Positions 53,420 to 64,000 of a stretch of DNA of 64,000 nt are shown piece by piece. Made by a program: the position numbers and the translations under genes. Source of the stretch: a plasmid; sequence record NZ_CP054002.1; one strand, 5' to 3'. The notes under the pieces were generated by a model. It was not told the origin of the DNA and did not search any database. It saw only the letters and a program-made list of their open reading frames with translations. How positions within the stretch are numbered: the first letter of the stretch is position 1; every line of letters begins with the position of its first letter.

Positions 53420-56035
53420 ATGATAGGATTTATTATTATATCGGCATTATTACTGTGTGGTGTCATTACATTACTCGCCATACTTTTTATGCGTCCTTCT
53501 GAAGTTCCTATATCTGATAAATCAATAGATCTTTCGGCTGTACTACCGATCCAGACCATAACGGATAGCGTTATAGTAAACGGTAGCGGAGATTTAACCA
53601 TTGGATACAGATTGTTTCTTCCGGAAGTATTTACTCTTTCGCAGGAAGATGCAAAATATATACATGAGAGGTTAGAGGGGCTTTTTAAGATGTTACCTCC
53701 TGCAACGGTGGTGCATCAGCAGTGCTTTTACTATGTAAGCCAGTATAAGAACAATGACTTTTCTGTTAATCCATTGAAAGCGGAAAGTATTAAACACTTT
53801 AATAACAAGCAAATAATAAACTGCTATACAAATTTGTATATCACTTTTGCCAATACAGATTTGAAAAAGGGAGTGCGAAAAAAGGCTTCTAATACATCGC
53901 TGCTTAAAAAACTCAATTATCCTTTTAAACAGCCCTACAAGAACTATGAAGAAAGGTTATCAGAGATTGAACCGAAAATCTTGAATTTTGAAAATGGGTT
54001 ATCTTCTATAACTCAATTTGAGATAAAGAAGATGGATAGTAAAGACTTAAATAATGCTGTCTTTGATTATCTTAATCTCTCGTATGCTAAACCAACAAAA
54101 GACGCTACTCAAGAAACAGTTAGCCCAATTATGGTAACTCCTAGCGGTGATCTGAAGGTTGGACAAGAATATTTAGCGATGCTTTCTCTTACCGTGGAAG
54201 GGGAAAATCTTTATGAGCTGAATGTACCCAATACGGGTAAATCAAAAGCGTATGGAAGTACGATTGAGCTTCCGGAGAATATACAGTCTAAATGTTCTAT
54301 GTTGTACCCGGTTGGACTAGGTTTGCCTTTCGATCACATTGTAAATGTTGTGATAGAAATAACAGATACAGATACTACGCTAACGGCTATTAATGCTGAA
54401 AAAAACGGGCTAAACTATTTGACTAACTTTTATCCTCCGGCTAAAGACAAGCAAAAACAGCAAGAACTTTTCTGTAAAGAAATTACGGATTTTGATTATC
54501 AAACAGCTTATACAGCTTTTAATGTGATTATCAATGATCCGGATCGTTCTTCTCTAATTCGGAAAATTTCATTGGCACAGCAGGGATTTAGTTTTATGAA
54601 CCAAAGTTCTTGTTATGTCGAGAATGCGGAGTTGTGCAATTTATTTTTTTCTAATATACCGGGGAATGCTCGGAGCAATTATAGGGGATTTATCAATACG
54701 ACCAAACAGGCGATTTGTTATTTGCAAAAAGATAGTATTTATATTTCTGATCTGCAAGGGCATTTGTATAATGACCGATTCGGAAATCCTGCATTGATAA
54801 ATTTATGGAATAACAAGGCTTTAAACAATAGAAATAAAATAGTAATCGGTCCGTCCGGCTCCGGAAAGTCTTTTTGGCTAAACAACTATATTTATCAGTC
54901 TTATTCTTTGGGTAATGATATTACAATTATTGACATCGGTGGATCTTACAGGTCTATGATTAGCCTGCACCGAGGTAAATATTTTGATTCTACAAATCAG
55001 AAACAGTTTGCTTTTAACCCGTTCTTGTGTGAACGTGATCGGAATGGTAGATATATTTATATTGATACTTCAGATGCAGAAGCAGCCGAGGATCTTATTA
55101 AAACGATCTGTGCTCTTTTATCCTATATCTGGAAACAAAATAAGCCTATCGATCCCACCGAGAAAGCTATTCTTAGAAAATCAGTGATCGCATTTTATGA
55201 GTATGTAAATAATTCTTCTGTTGATGGAACAAATGAAAGGATTTTTCCTAATCTGATAGAATACCGGAATTTCTTGCGAGATGTATTTATTTACAAAATG
55301 ACTGACTTTGAAAAACGTAGATTTGAGATAGAGGAAGTGCTTTTACTACTAGAACCTTACACGGATGGAGAACTATCCTTTTTGTTGAACGCAACTGAAA
55401 ATATTGATATAGTTAACGATGATTTAATTGCGTTTGATATGGAAGACGCAGCAAAGAAGGAGTATTTTCCTTTGGTAGCGATTATCACGCTTCAAATGGT
55501 TATCGATAAGATCAAGAAGCGTGAAGGAGTTAATAAGGAATTGATTATCGATGAAGCCCTAGACTTTTTAAGTGATGATAAGTTTGGTGATTTTATCGCC
55601 TATTTGTATCGTACATTCCGTAAAAAAGACGGGGCTATAACGATAGCTGCCCAAAATGTACTGTTCCTGAAGAACTGTCCACCGGCGATCAAGGATTCAA
55701 TACTTATAAACTGTGATACTAAAGTAATACTGGATCATTCAAGTTATAGAAAGGAGTTGCCCAATCTGCGAGATATTCTTTCTATTTCAGAAGAAGAACT
55801 AGTAATGATAGATAGTCTGCAAAATAGGGATGATGAGATCAAGTGGAGAGAGTTCTTCATTAAATTGGGAAACGAAACCTATGTTTTTCGCAATGAAGTA
55901 TCTGAATTTGCCGCTGTCGCTTTTGATTCAAGACAATCGACTGTGGTTAGGCTCAAACAGCTTTTTGAGGAAACAGGATCTACTTATGCTGCTATTAACC
56001 GGTATTTAGAAGAAAGGAGAAAAAAATATGAATGA
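53420..56035 (+). CDS. traG: TraG-like VirB4-family conjugative T4SS ATPase, intact 871 aa
   Basis: Walker A GPSGSGKSF, Walker B IIDEALDFL, size typical of VirB4/TraG. Confidence 0.8.
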   Translation: MIGFIIISALLLCGVITLLAILFMRPSEVPISDKSIDLSAVLPIQTITDSVIVNGSGDLTIGYRLFLPEVFTLSQEDAKYIHERLEGLFKMLPPATVVHQQCFYYVSQYKNNDFSVNPLKAESIKHFNNKQIINCYTNLYITFANTDLKKGVRKKASNTSLLKKLNYPFKQPYKNYEERLSEIEPKILNFENGLSSITQFEIKKMDSKDLNNAVFDYLNLSYAKPTKDATQETVSPIMVTPSGDLKVGQEYLAMLSLTVEGENLYELNVPNTGKSKAYGSTIELPENIQSKCSMLYPVGLGLPFDHIVNVVIEITDTDTTLTAINAEKNGLNYLTNFYPPAKDKQKQQELFCKEITDFDYQTAYTAFNVIINDPDRSSLIRKISLAQQGFSFMNQSSCYVENAELCNLFFSNIPGNARSNYRGFINTTKQAICYLQKDSIYISDLQGHLYNDRFGNPALINLWNNKALNNRNKIVIGPSGSGKSFWLNNYIYQSYSLGNDITIIDIGGSYRSMISLHRGKYFDSTNQKQFAFNPFLCERDRNGRYIYIDTSDAEAAEDLIKTICALLSYIWKQNKPIDPTEKAILRKSVIAFYEYVNNSSVDGTNERIFPNLIEYRNFLRDVFIYKMTDFEKRRFEIEEVLLLLEPYTDGELSFLLNATENIDIVNDDLIAFDMEDAAKKEYFPLVAIITLQMVIDKIKKREGVNKELIIDEALDFLSDDKFGDFIAYLYRTFRKKDGAITIAAQNVLFLKNCPPAIKDSILINCDTKVILDHSSYRKELPNLRDILSISEEELVMIDSLQNRDDEIKWREFFIKLGNETYVFRNEVSEFAAVAFDSRQSTVVRLKQLFEETGSTYAAINRYLEERRKKYE

Positions 56036-56246
56036 TGCTGTAGAAGGATTGAACCAGATAAAAGGATGGTCGGGAGAATTTAACAATACGTCTTTTAGTG
56101 TGGCAGGGTATATCACCGCTGCAATGTTAGGCGTTTCTCTGATTTTTGTAGTCTGGGCTTTAGCTACAAAGAAAGATAATGCAAGAACATATCTAGTCGC
56201 TTGGTTTGTGGCTTTGATATTTGCGATAGTGTTTATTCTGCGATAA
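56028..56246 (+). CDS. small membrane protein (72 aa)
   Basis: Inverted copy of 25853..26071. Confidence 0.4.
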   Translation: MNDAVEGLNQIKGWSGEFNNTSFSVAGYITAAMLGVSLIFVVWALATKKDNARTYLVAWFVALIFAIVFILR

Positions 56247-56261
56247 TAAATTTATAATATT

Positions 56262-56861
56262 ATGAAAATAAAGATACTCTTATTTTTTTCTGTGTTGCTG
56301 TTAAGTAGCTCTTTTTCTGTTCAAAAGGCTAGTGCGCAATGGGTTGTTAATGATCCGGCTCACATGGGAATGAACCTTGGCGAATGGGGAGCGAATGCAG
56401 CGCAATGGGTTAAGCAGCTTAATGAAATGATTGATGCTGCACATATACGAGAAAATTTACAAAAGATAGACCAACTACGCCAACTACAATCTTTAGTAGA
56501 ACTTGCTGAACTGTTGGATGATGTAGCTTGTCTAAGTAGTGATTACCGTTTTTATATGAATATAGGCGGTAGCTATCATTGTTTAAAGTTTTTAAACTTC
56601 CAACAAGTTACGGTAAACCTTAATTTGAGCACAGATCTATTATTTAAGGTTGCTACTGTTTCCGACTATTTCAGCATGAATAGTGAGGGAAGAATGTCCT
56701 TTGTCGGACAGGTAAGAGAAGCCTTAGAAACGGCTTCTGCTGAAATGAAATCTTTTAATGAAATAGTAAGAAGTGAGATCATAAAAGATGCAAGTCGAAA
56801 ACATGTAGGGAAAACATATTATAGCGGAAATTTATCTGCTTTTAGTCGATATACTAATTAA
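56262..56861 (+). CDS. traI: TraI-like secreted protein, intact 199 aa with signal peptide
   Basis: MKIKILLFFSVLLLSSSFSVQKASAQ. Confidence 0.5.
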   Translation: MKIKILLFFSVLLLSSSFSVQKASAQWVVNDPAHMGMNLGEWGANAAQWVKQLNEMIDAAHIRENLQKIDQLRQLQSLVELAELLDDVACLSSDYRFYMNIGGSYHCLKFLNFQQVTVNLNLSTDLLFKVATVSDYFSMNSEGRMSFVGQVREALETASAEMKSFNEIVRSEIIKDASRKHVGKTYYSGNLSAFSRYTN

Positions 56862-56869
56862 TTAGCCTT

Positions 56870-57921
56870 ATGAACGGACAAGATACTTTTTATGGGGATT
56901 GCAGATTAATGATTCCCTTACAACAGAATTAACTGCGCAAATGACGGTAATTGCGCTTGGTGTAGCAGTTATTTGTTTCATCTGTAATATAGCTTATAAT
57001 TACCTATATCATGGTGTTAGTCAGCTTTTAACATCGGATGAAAATAAGTTTCCGGATTTGATGGAAATAGCTCGCTGTTTTGCTTTAATATTCTGTCTTT
57101 CGCTATATACACCTATCGCAAAAACTGTCGTTGGAACCCTTGAAGTAATAAATGAAGCAACATCTTTAAGTTCAGTCCGGGCACAGGAGTTTGCGGCTTT
57201 TCTAGACAGATCAGCGGAAGAACAGCACACCATGATAGCCGATAATGAAAAAACGGCACTTGAAGCGGAAGTCGCTGCGGGGGAAGATCCGGAAGGTGCT
57301 ATGAATAAAGAACTACAAAATATAGATCAAGGTAATAAAATAGATGAAAGTGCATCTACATTGAAACAAATCTCCCAAATATTAAATCCTGCCAATTTCG
57401 CAGCAATGCTCTTACATGCTCTAGCCGCACTGCTGGTCGGGATTGTACAAATTATCATATTGGGTTTGGGCGTTGTCATTGTAAAGATCCTTGTCATATT
57501 AGGTCCCTTCGTTTTTGCTTTTTCCATTCTACCGGTATTCCAAAAGCAGCTGTCTAATTGGTTTGGTACACTGTGTTCCGTTGGTATGGTATTTACTGTG
57601 ATTAATATTTTAAATCAGATAATGTGGTTTACATTTAAGTCAATTTATGATTCTGACGCATTCAACGCAGTAGATGAAGCGACAAAACAGCTACAATATT
57701 TAGGCATGGATCTTGCTTTGATCGGTTCTTATTGTTGTTGTTTCTGGTTGGCAAGTAAGATAGTCGGTCATGGTGATGCCGGTAGAATCATTTCTAAAAC
57801 GGTATCTATTGTAACTGCTGCTGCAACGATGGCGATTGCAGGATCAGCGATAGCAGGGGGGGCTACAAATGTAGGGGCTGCTGCTTCATTAGGTAAAAGT
57901 GTTATAGATAACGAAGAATAA
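56870..57921 (+). CDS. traJ: TraJ-like membrane protein; T6 to T5 contraction near 56890 disturbs the first ~10 codons (ORF track starts at 56899)
   Basis: Comparison with 24179..25231. Confidence 0.55.
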
Positions 57922-57927
57922 ATAAAT

Positions 57928-58557
57928 ATGAATCTTACAAAATTTAAAACAGTGGATCAGGCTTTTAAAACAACTGTGATTGTTGCATCTTCTTGTTGTC
58001 TGATTATGGGTATTGCATTTACTGTCTGTTTCTTCTATTTGTCAAACAAGATAGATGCGGCTTATACGAAGGCTTTAGTACTTGATACTTCAGGACAGGT
58101 TTACGATGTTGCAGCCATTGAATCCGCAGCGATGCGAAAGTATGAATATGAAAATCATATCAAAACATTTGTTTCGCTGTGGTACTCCTTCGATGAAAGC
58201 ACTTATGAGAATAACGTAACATTAGCTCTTAATTTGATTGGTAATCGAGGAAAAGAGCTTTACAACGAATATAACGATATTAATATGCTTAATTCTTTGA
58301 TTCAGAAAAATATACGCTATGGCGTTATAATCAAGGATATACATATCAATATGCAAACAGTTCCGATATCCGGGGATATACTGTTTACGCAAACCGGCTA
58401 TCGTGCTAGGGGGAGCGTAGCACGTGATATTTCTGTGAACTTTACTCTATATGATGTATCTCGATCACGTGAAAACTCTCACGGTGTTAAAATCGAAAGC
58501 TGGGACGTTCGATATTCGGAACCACGAGAAATAACAGATGAAGAAAAATTAAAATAA
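57928..58557 (+). CDS. traK: TraK-like protein (209 aa)
   Basis: Inverted copy. Confidence 0.6.
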   Translation: MNLTKFKTVDQAFKTTVIVASSCCLIMGIAFTVCFFYLSNKIDAAYTKALVLDTSGQVYDVAAIESAAMRKYEYENHIKTFVSLWYSFDESTYENNVTLALNLIGNRGKELYNEYNDINMLNSLIQKNIRYGVIIKDIHINMQTVPISGDILFTQTGYRARGSVARDISVNFTLYDVSRSRENSHGVKIESWDVRYSEPREITDEEKLK

Positions 58558-58564
58558 TGGAGCT

Positions 58565-59875
58565 ATGGGAAACTTTTTAAGAGAAGCGTTGAAGGACAAA
58601 AACAAATTGTTAATGTTAGTACCTCTGCTTTTGGGCGTACTGTTTGTAATAGTTTTCTTTGGTAAAAAAGAAAAACCGGCTGAATCAGCATCCAATACAG
58701 AAGAAGTGAATCAGGCTTTTCTTGAACCGGACACAGAAGGAGAAAAGAAGATCGCTAATAAGGTAGATGCTTATAAACGTGAACAAGAAGAAGCTGCTCG
58801 TAAGAAACGTGAATTGGAAAAATCACAAGTAAAAGGAAGCGATTTCTATTTTGAAATGCAGACATCCGAAGACGAATACAACGAGAAAATGAAAGCTCGT
58901 ATTGAAAAAATGAAGAAAGATCCATTGGACGAAGTTACTAGCGAATACAAGGAGCGAGGAAAAAAATCTAACAGTGCATTTTCTGATAAAATGCGCCAAC
59001 AACTAAATGATATTGAGGATCAAGAAACCTTTAATCAGATAGTCAAGGAAGCAAAGAAAGAGGAAAGAATACGCAAAGAGCTAGAAGAAAATGCAAGATT
59101 CCGGGATGAAATGAGAAAGAAATATCAGGATCAAGCATCAGGAAAAGATATAGAGAAATCTCAAGAGAATATTTTTCCGAAAGTAAATGATTCTGTTCCT
59201 AAAGTTGAGAAAGCTTCAAAGCCGACTTTTATAGTGGAAAATGGAAAACGGCGTCGCCGGTCACAGTTTACTATTGACCAAAAAGTCAATCTTATCAAAG
59301 CTGCTATTTATGGAGATCAGACCATTGTTAGTGGAAGTGCTGTCCGGATGCGCTTGTTAGAGCCTTTATGGGTTGGTGGCGTTGAGATCCCTGCAAATAC
59401 GATCTTCTACGGAAATGCTAGTGTCGGCTCTACTCGTTTGAAAATTACGGTAGAGAACATACGATATGGGAAATATATAAGTCCTGTCGCTTTTACTATT
59501 TATGATTCTGATGCGATTGAGGGATTGAATTTACCCAATAACATGAAAGCTGAAGCTGCTCGAAAAATGGAACAGGGCTTGCTTCAAGGCGTGCAGCTTC
59601 CGATTTCTTCTATTGGCACAGTAACAAGTGAGGTAACTAGTGCGATCACAGCCACTACACAGGTTACTAGACAAATTTTAAATCAAAGCCTTTCTCAAGT
59701 AAAGGTTCATTTAAAAGCTAACTATAATATGTATATCAAGGAAGAAACTAATGAAGACAGAAAAAAGAGAGAGGAAGAAGAAGCTGAAATAGAACGTCTG
59801 TATAGAGAAATGCAGATGCAGCAGAATGAACCAAAGAAAAAGAATCCTTTAACCCAACTAATTGAAGCATTATAA
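58565..59875 (+). CDS. traM: TraM-like protein, intact 436 aa
   Basis: Single ORF spanning both copy-1 fragments. Confidence 0.6.
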   Translation: MGNFLREALKDKNKLLMLVPLLLGVLFVIVFFGKKEKPAESASNTEEVNQAFLEPDTEGEKKIANKVDAYKREQEEAARKKRELEKSQVKGSDFYFEMQTSEDEYNEKMKARIEKMKKDPLDEVTSEYKERGKKSNSAFSDKMRQQLNDIEDQETFNQIVKEAKKEERIRKELEENARFRDEMRKKYQDQASGKDIEKSQENIFPKVNDSVPKVEKASKPTFIVENGKRRRRSQFTIDQKVNLIKAAIYGDQTIVSGSAVRMRLLEPLWVGGVEIPANTIFYGNASVGSTRLKITVENIRYGKYISPVAFTIYDSDAIEGLNLPNNMKAEAARKMEQGLLQGVQLPISSIGTVTSEVTSAITATTQVTRQILNQSLSQVKVHLKANYNMYIKEETNEDRKKREEEEAEIERLYREMQMQQNEPKKKNPLTQLIEAL

Positions 59876-60054
59876 TGATAATTGATATACTTAATTTTAT
59901 GGTAGCTGTAGCTACTGTATTTTTGGCTTATAGGTTCTTTATAGAACGCTCTAAAGGGAAAAAGATAGCAGAAATGAAAGTACTGATGTATAGTTTAATA
60001 TCTTGTTTCGTTCTGCTTTGGATTATAAATATTTTTATTGGTTTTGTAAAATGA
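59875..60054 (+). CDS. small membrane protein (59 aa)
   Basis: TAATG and ATGA overlaps with traM and traN. Confidence 0.3.
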   Translation: MIIDILNFMVAVATVFLAYRFFIERSKGKKIAEMKVLMYSLISCFVLLWIINIFIGFVK

Positions 60055-61082
60055 AAACATTGCTTTTTATATTAATCATGTTTTGTGTTCCATTCTCCAT
60101 TTCTGCACAGGAAAAAAAAGAACTGGACTCCCAAACAATTTATGTTTCGTTTGATAAAACGAAACATATAGTACTTCCTGCACAAGTAAGTGACATTTCG
60201 TATGGTCGTGAAGATTATGTAAAAGTGGAACGGGTGGATAATGTTCCTAATGTTGTCCGCATAACGGCACAGGAAGAAGATTTTTCAGGAACGACAAACC
60301 TTATCATAGTTTGTACAAACGGGAATGTCTATTCTTATAAAATATCCTATCTGTTACCGGGAATGACGGATCACTGCGGAAATATCGTATATGCCGGTGA
60401 TGTGGATAGATCACGTTGTTATAACGTAATAGTCAATAATAACAATACTACAGAAATGTTTTTTCCAGCAGATGTGTTATATCTGAAACAAGGAAATGAA
60501 GAAGTTTTCGGGGTTGAGTATTATAATAATATGGTTAAAGTTGGTACAACTTTTGATGCCTTTGAACCTTCTAATCTGTTTGTTATCGATAAAGATCTGA
60601 ATACCTATGAAATTACCTTGTTTAAAGACCATGCTCTTACTTACTCTTACAACTTTGACGATGGTCGCAAATATATTGCACACATTGATGTAAATAGCAT
60701 AGAGATGGATAATCTTATCAATAAACTGCACTATAAAAAGCGTAATATCTTCAGCTTGGGAGTTATAAAAAATAAGTTTGAGATGTCCCTTGCAAACCTA
60801 TATGTAAAAGATGATTTCATGTTTTTTGTATTTGATATAAAAAACTTCTCAAATATAGATTATGACGTTGATTTTATTAAATGCTTCCTTCGTGATCAGA
60901 AGAAGGTTAAGAACTCTATCCAGCAGGAAGTTCCGTATGATCCGGTAGAACAAAAAGACTTTGATAAAAAGATATTGGGCAAAAGCCAAAATCGCTTTGT
61001 CCTAGCATTCAATAAGTTCACTATCCCGGATGATAAGGTTTTTGAGATCGAAATGTTTGAAAGAGGTGGGGAAGGCATATGA
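60051..61082 (+). CDS. traN: TraN-like protein (343 aa; C-terminal frame differs from copy 1)
   Basis: Inverted copy of 20968..22050. Confidence 0.55.
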   Translation: MKTLLFILIMFCVPFSISAQEKKELDSQTIYVSFDKTKHIVLPAQVSDISYGREDYVKVERVDNVPNVVRITAQEEDFSGTTNLIIVCTNGNVYSYKISYLLPGMTDHCGNIVYAGDVDRSRCYNVIVNNNNTTEMFFPADVLYLKQGNEEVFGVEYYNNMVKVGTTFDAFEPSNLFVIDKDLNTYEITLFKDHALTYSYNFDDGRKYIAHIDVNSIEMDNLINKLHYKKRNIFSLGVIKNKFEMSLANLYVKDDFMFFVFDIKNFSNIDYDVDFIKCFLRDQKKVKNSIQQEVPYDPVEQKDFDKKILGKSQNRFVLAFNKFTIPDDKVFEIEMFERGGEGI

Positions 61083-61137
61083 AATTATCTATATTGAATG
61101 AATATATATTGTCCGCTGAATTATTAAAATAATTGTC

Positions 61138-62899
61138 ATGAAGCTACAAGAGGTTCTAACAGAATATCAATATAATAATGTCGGGCAATTTAGGGCGATT
61201 GCGGAAAGTTTAGGTTACAAAGAAGCCTATAACAAGGGTTCTTTGCTTTTTACCCGGAATGACGAAGTATTCGTATCGATATGGATAAGATACGTTCACA
61301 CACAAAGCGAGAACCGGATTTATCTGCGGAAAAGGCTTCTATGGATCGTGTTTGCCAGTTCTTTAATCGGGATCAGGCTTTATCTCCCGACTATAAAAGC
61401 GTATTAAAAAATGAAGGGGTTGATATTGTTAACTGGGGTGATCTAAAAAATGATGCCAAAGATCGTTTTACTGTGATCGATCATAAAAATAAAATCTGTT
61501 ATACCGGAAAAGAACTATATGAGTATGCTTTGCAAAATGGTTACTCGTTAGACGGGAAAGGCACAAAGTTAGAGAAGGGTGTATTATCCGGATTAATGGA
61601 TATCAATGGTAAACCAGCTAAAGTTCGGTTGCATGAACACGGTACTTCTATTATATATAGGAAGGAAGCGTTAACCATACCGGATCGCATTTACGGAAAG
61701 AAATTATCGAAGCAACAGAAGCAAGATCTACTTGATGGCAATGTGATAGTCTTGTCAACAAAAAAAGGAGATATACTTCTTCAGGTCGATAAGGATCTCA
61801 ACGCTGTGGTGGTACGTTCGGAAAAAGAATTGTCTGTTCCTGCTAAAATTGGAGATTACGAATTGACCGCAGCAGATAAGTATCTTTTAGCGAATGGTCA
61901 TTCTTTAGATAACAAAATGATCCACACTCCTGAAGGTTACATAATTACAGATATAGCTATGCTTCCGGATAAGAAAGGATATGCTTTCTCAAACATCCAG
62001 AAAATATCGGAAACAAAGGCACAGCAGATTTTACAGGCAAGAGAAATGGCAAAGGATAAGAGTATCTTAATGATAAGCTAAAGGATATGCAGCGTACCGG
62101 AAAAATCGATATAGACGAGTTGAAGGATAAAAGGTATGAGCAATTAATAAACAGCCATTTTGCCACAGAACATAAGGAATACCTATCTTATCTGAAAGAT
62201 GAAAATCCGGATAAAAACTATAATTATGATCTTGAAGCACGCATTAGGTTAAAGGCTGGGGATATGTTAGAAAAAGAAGGAATAATCGCCAAAGGTACAA
62301 CTGAAAAGGAATTGAAAGAAGAAGGCTTTAAAGTCGAGAAGATCCGGGAACAATATCAGGAGAAAGTAACGGGTAAGGATCCTGTTCCTGATCGAGATCT
62401 TGACAAGGAGTTAAGAGAAGCCGTTGTCAAGAATGACTATGAAAAAATAGCTAGTTTGAAAGAGGAAGGTTACAAGCCTTCAGAGGAAGTTATTAGAGGT
62501 TTGGGACAAGATACAAAGATTGATCAGACGCAAGCTATCGTTATAGAAAAACTATTTGGGATGAAACCTGAAGTGCAAAAAGCGGAAGAAGTAACACAAG
62601 CAAAGGAAGAATCCAAAGAAGCAAAGGTAGAGCTTAATGCTGATCCTGCTAGTGCTAAGGTTTCTCCGGAACTAGATAAAGAATTTAAAGAAGCAGTAGA
62701 GAAAGGCGATTTTGTAAAGATGTCACAACTGAAGGAACAAGGCTATCAACCTTCCAAAGAGTTGATTCAGTCTTTGAATGAAACTGCATCTGGCAATACG
62801 ATGATAGCCGTTCAGAAGATATTTAATCTGAAAGGCTCTGCTAATACGCTCGGAGATGTTAAGCTAGCACAAGGTCAACAAAGTGCAGAAAAGATCTAA
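61138..62899 (+). pseudogene. DUF4099/3945-like protein copy split by at least 3 single-base homopolymer deletions
   Basis: ORFs 61138..61407, 61281..62081, 62087..62899 tile 19151..20962 protein. Confidence 0.6.
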
Positions 62900-62993
62900 A
62901 GCGTCTCTCGCCAATACGGTAAATAAAATGTTTGCCGATTTATAATTAATAGATTTTCCGAAAGTAAAAATGTATCACTTAAAAATAAATATC

Positions 62994-63182
62994 ATGGAAG
63001 ATTACAACAAATTGGTAGAAAAGAATCAGACTGGAGAGATTGACGATCTTGAATTTTTATTAGCTCAAGAAGATTTAGCGGCTCTCTACGTTGCGGATAT
63101 GCAAGCTGAAGGAGTTAGCCCGAATGCGGAAAACGCTGCTGAATGGTTGCTAAAATATGAAAATGAACACCTTTATCAATAA
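62994..63182 (+). CDS. small hypothetical protein (62 aa)
   Basis: Inverted copy of 18912..19100. Confidence 0.4.
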   Translation: MEDYNKLVEKNQTGEIDDLEFLLAQEDLAALYVADMQAEGVSPNAENAAEWLLKYENEHLYQ

Positions 63183-63185
63183 GTC

Positions 63186-64000
63186 ATGGATGGTCAGGCA
63201 AATGATAAGGCTCTGCAAAAATTTGCGGATCTTATGGTTAAGAAACTTACGGAAGTCGATGCGGATTGGCATAAACCTTGGTTTACAACAACAGGATATG
63301 GATTACACAAAATATTGATGGGCGTGTTTATAATGGAATCAATTCCTTCATGCTTTTTCTTCTTCAAGAGGAACGTAGTTTCCAGACACCTGTATATATG
63401 ACTTTTCCGCAAGCAAAGAAACAAGGGCTTCACATAAACAAAGGAGCATCGGCTTTCCTGTCCTATTTTGGAATTTTATGATTAAAGACGATAAGGGGAA
63501 TAAAATTTCGATGGATGATTATAAGGCTTTGACTAAGGAAGAGCAGAAAGAATATACCGTTATTCCTTATACTAAACCTTATCACGTGTTCAATGTTGAT
63601 CAAACAAACTTTGCGAAGTATATCCGGAACAATGGAAGGCATTGAAGGATAAATTTAGTTGTCCTAAATTGAAAGATGAGCAGGGAATGTTTTCATCGCA
63701 GAGTTGGATCACATGATAAAACACGGTACATGGTTATGTCCTATTATTCTTCTTTCTCTGACAAGGCTTTTTTTCGTCCTTCAGAGGACAAGATATATTT
63801 ACCCCTTAAAGGTCAATTCTATACAGGAGAAGGATTTTATAGCACATTGTTACATGAGATGGCACATTCAACCGGTATAGATACCCGTTTAGGACGTGAA
63901 ATGAAAAACATGTTTGGTGATCCCAAATATGCAAAAGAAGAATTAATCGCAGAATTTACCGCTGCTGTTTCTTGCCGTTCTCTAGGTATCGTTTCCGGAG
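63186..64000 (+). pseudogene. ardC: ardC-like gene copy, multiply frameshifted and truncated by window end
   Basis: ORFs 63186..63401, 63278..63481 and downstream fragments match ArdC from 17598..18908. Confidence 0.6.

Overview
The window is AT-rich DNA from a Bacteroidota-type conjugative element (tra gene families traE-traN, MobC-like protein plus relaxase, T4CP, ParA) carrying ermF and tetX. It spans about 1.7 unit lengths of a ~37.8-kb repeating unit, so position p corresponds to p+37,807/8. Bases 1-13,671 recur directly at 37,808-51,471. The adjacent 16.9-kb block (13,672-30,614), holding T4CP, SSB, ArdC, a DUF4099/3945-like protein and the traE-traN type IV secretion operon, recurs from 51,472 to the window end in the opposite orientation. 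Both junctions fall exactly inside a 23-bp inverted repeat (AACGAACCTTTTTTTAAACTGAA) about 75 bp from a small serine recombinase gene, so the two orientations of a site-specifically invertible conjugation module are both captured. The unit also encodes a Rep-like protein with an iteron array, a RelE/ParE toxin-antitoxin pair, two AbiEii-family nucleotidyltransferase systems, a toprim protein and a second serine recombinase, which suggests a ~38-kb circular conjugative plasmid or excised element read as a concatemer or over-extended contig. A ~60-aa C-terminal module is shared by five functionally unrelated proteins (two nucleotidyltransferases, the toprim protein, ArdC, and twice in the DUF4099-like protein). 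The two copies differ by many single-base homopolymer-length changes that frameshift different genes in each copy, which looks like long-read sequencing noise rather than real pseudogenes. No tRNA, rRNA, CRISPR, transposase or tyrosine integrase was found.
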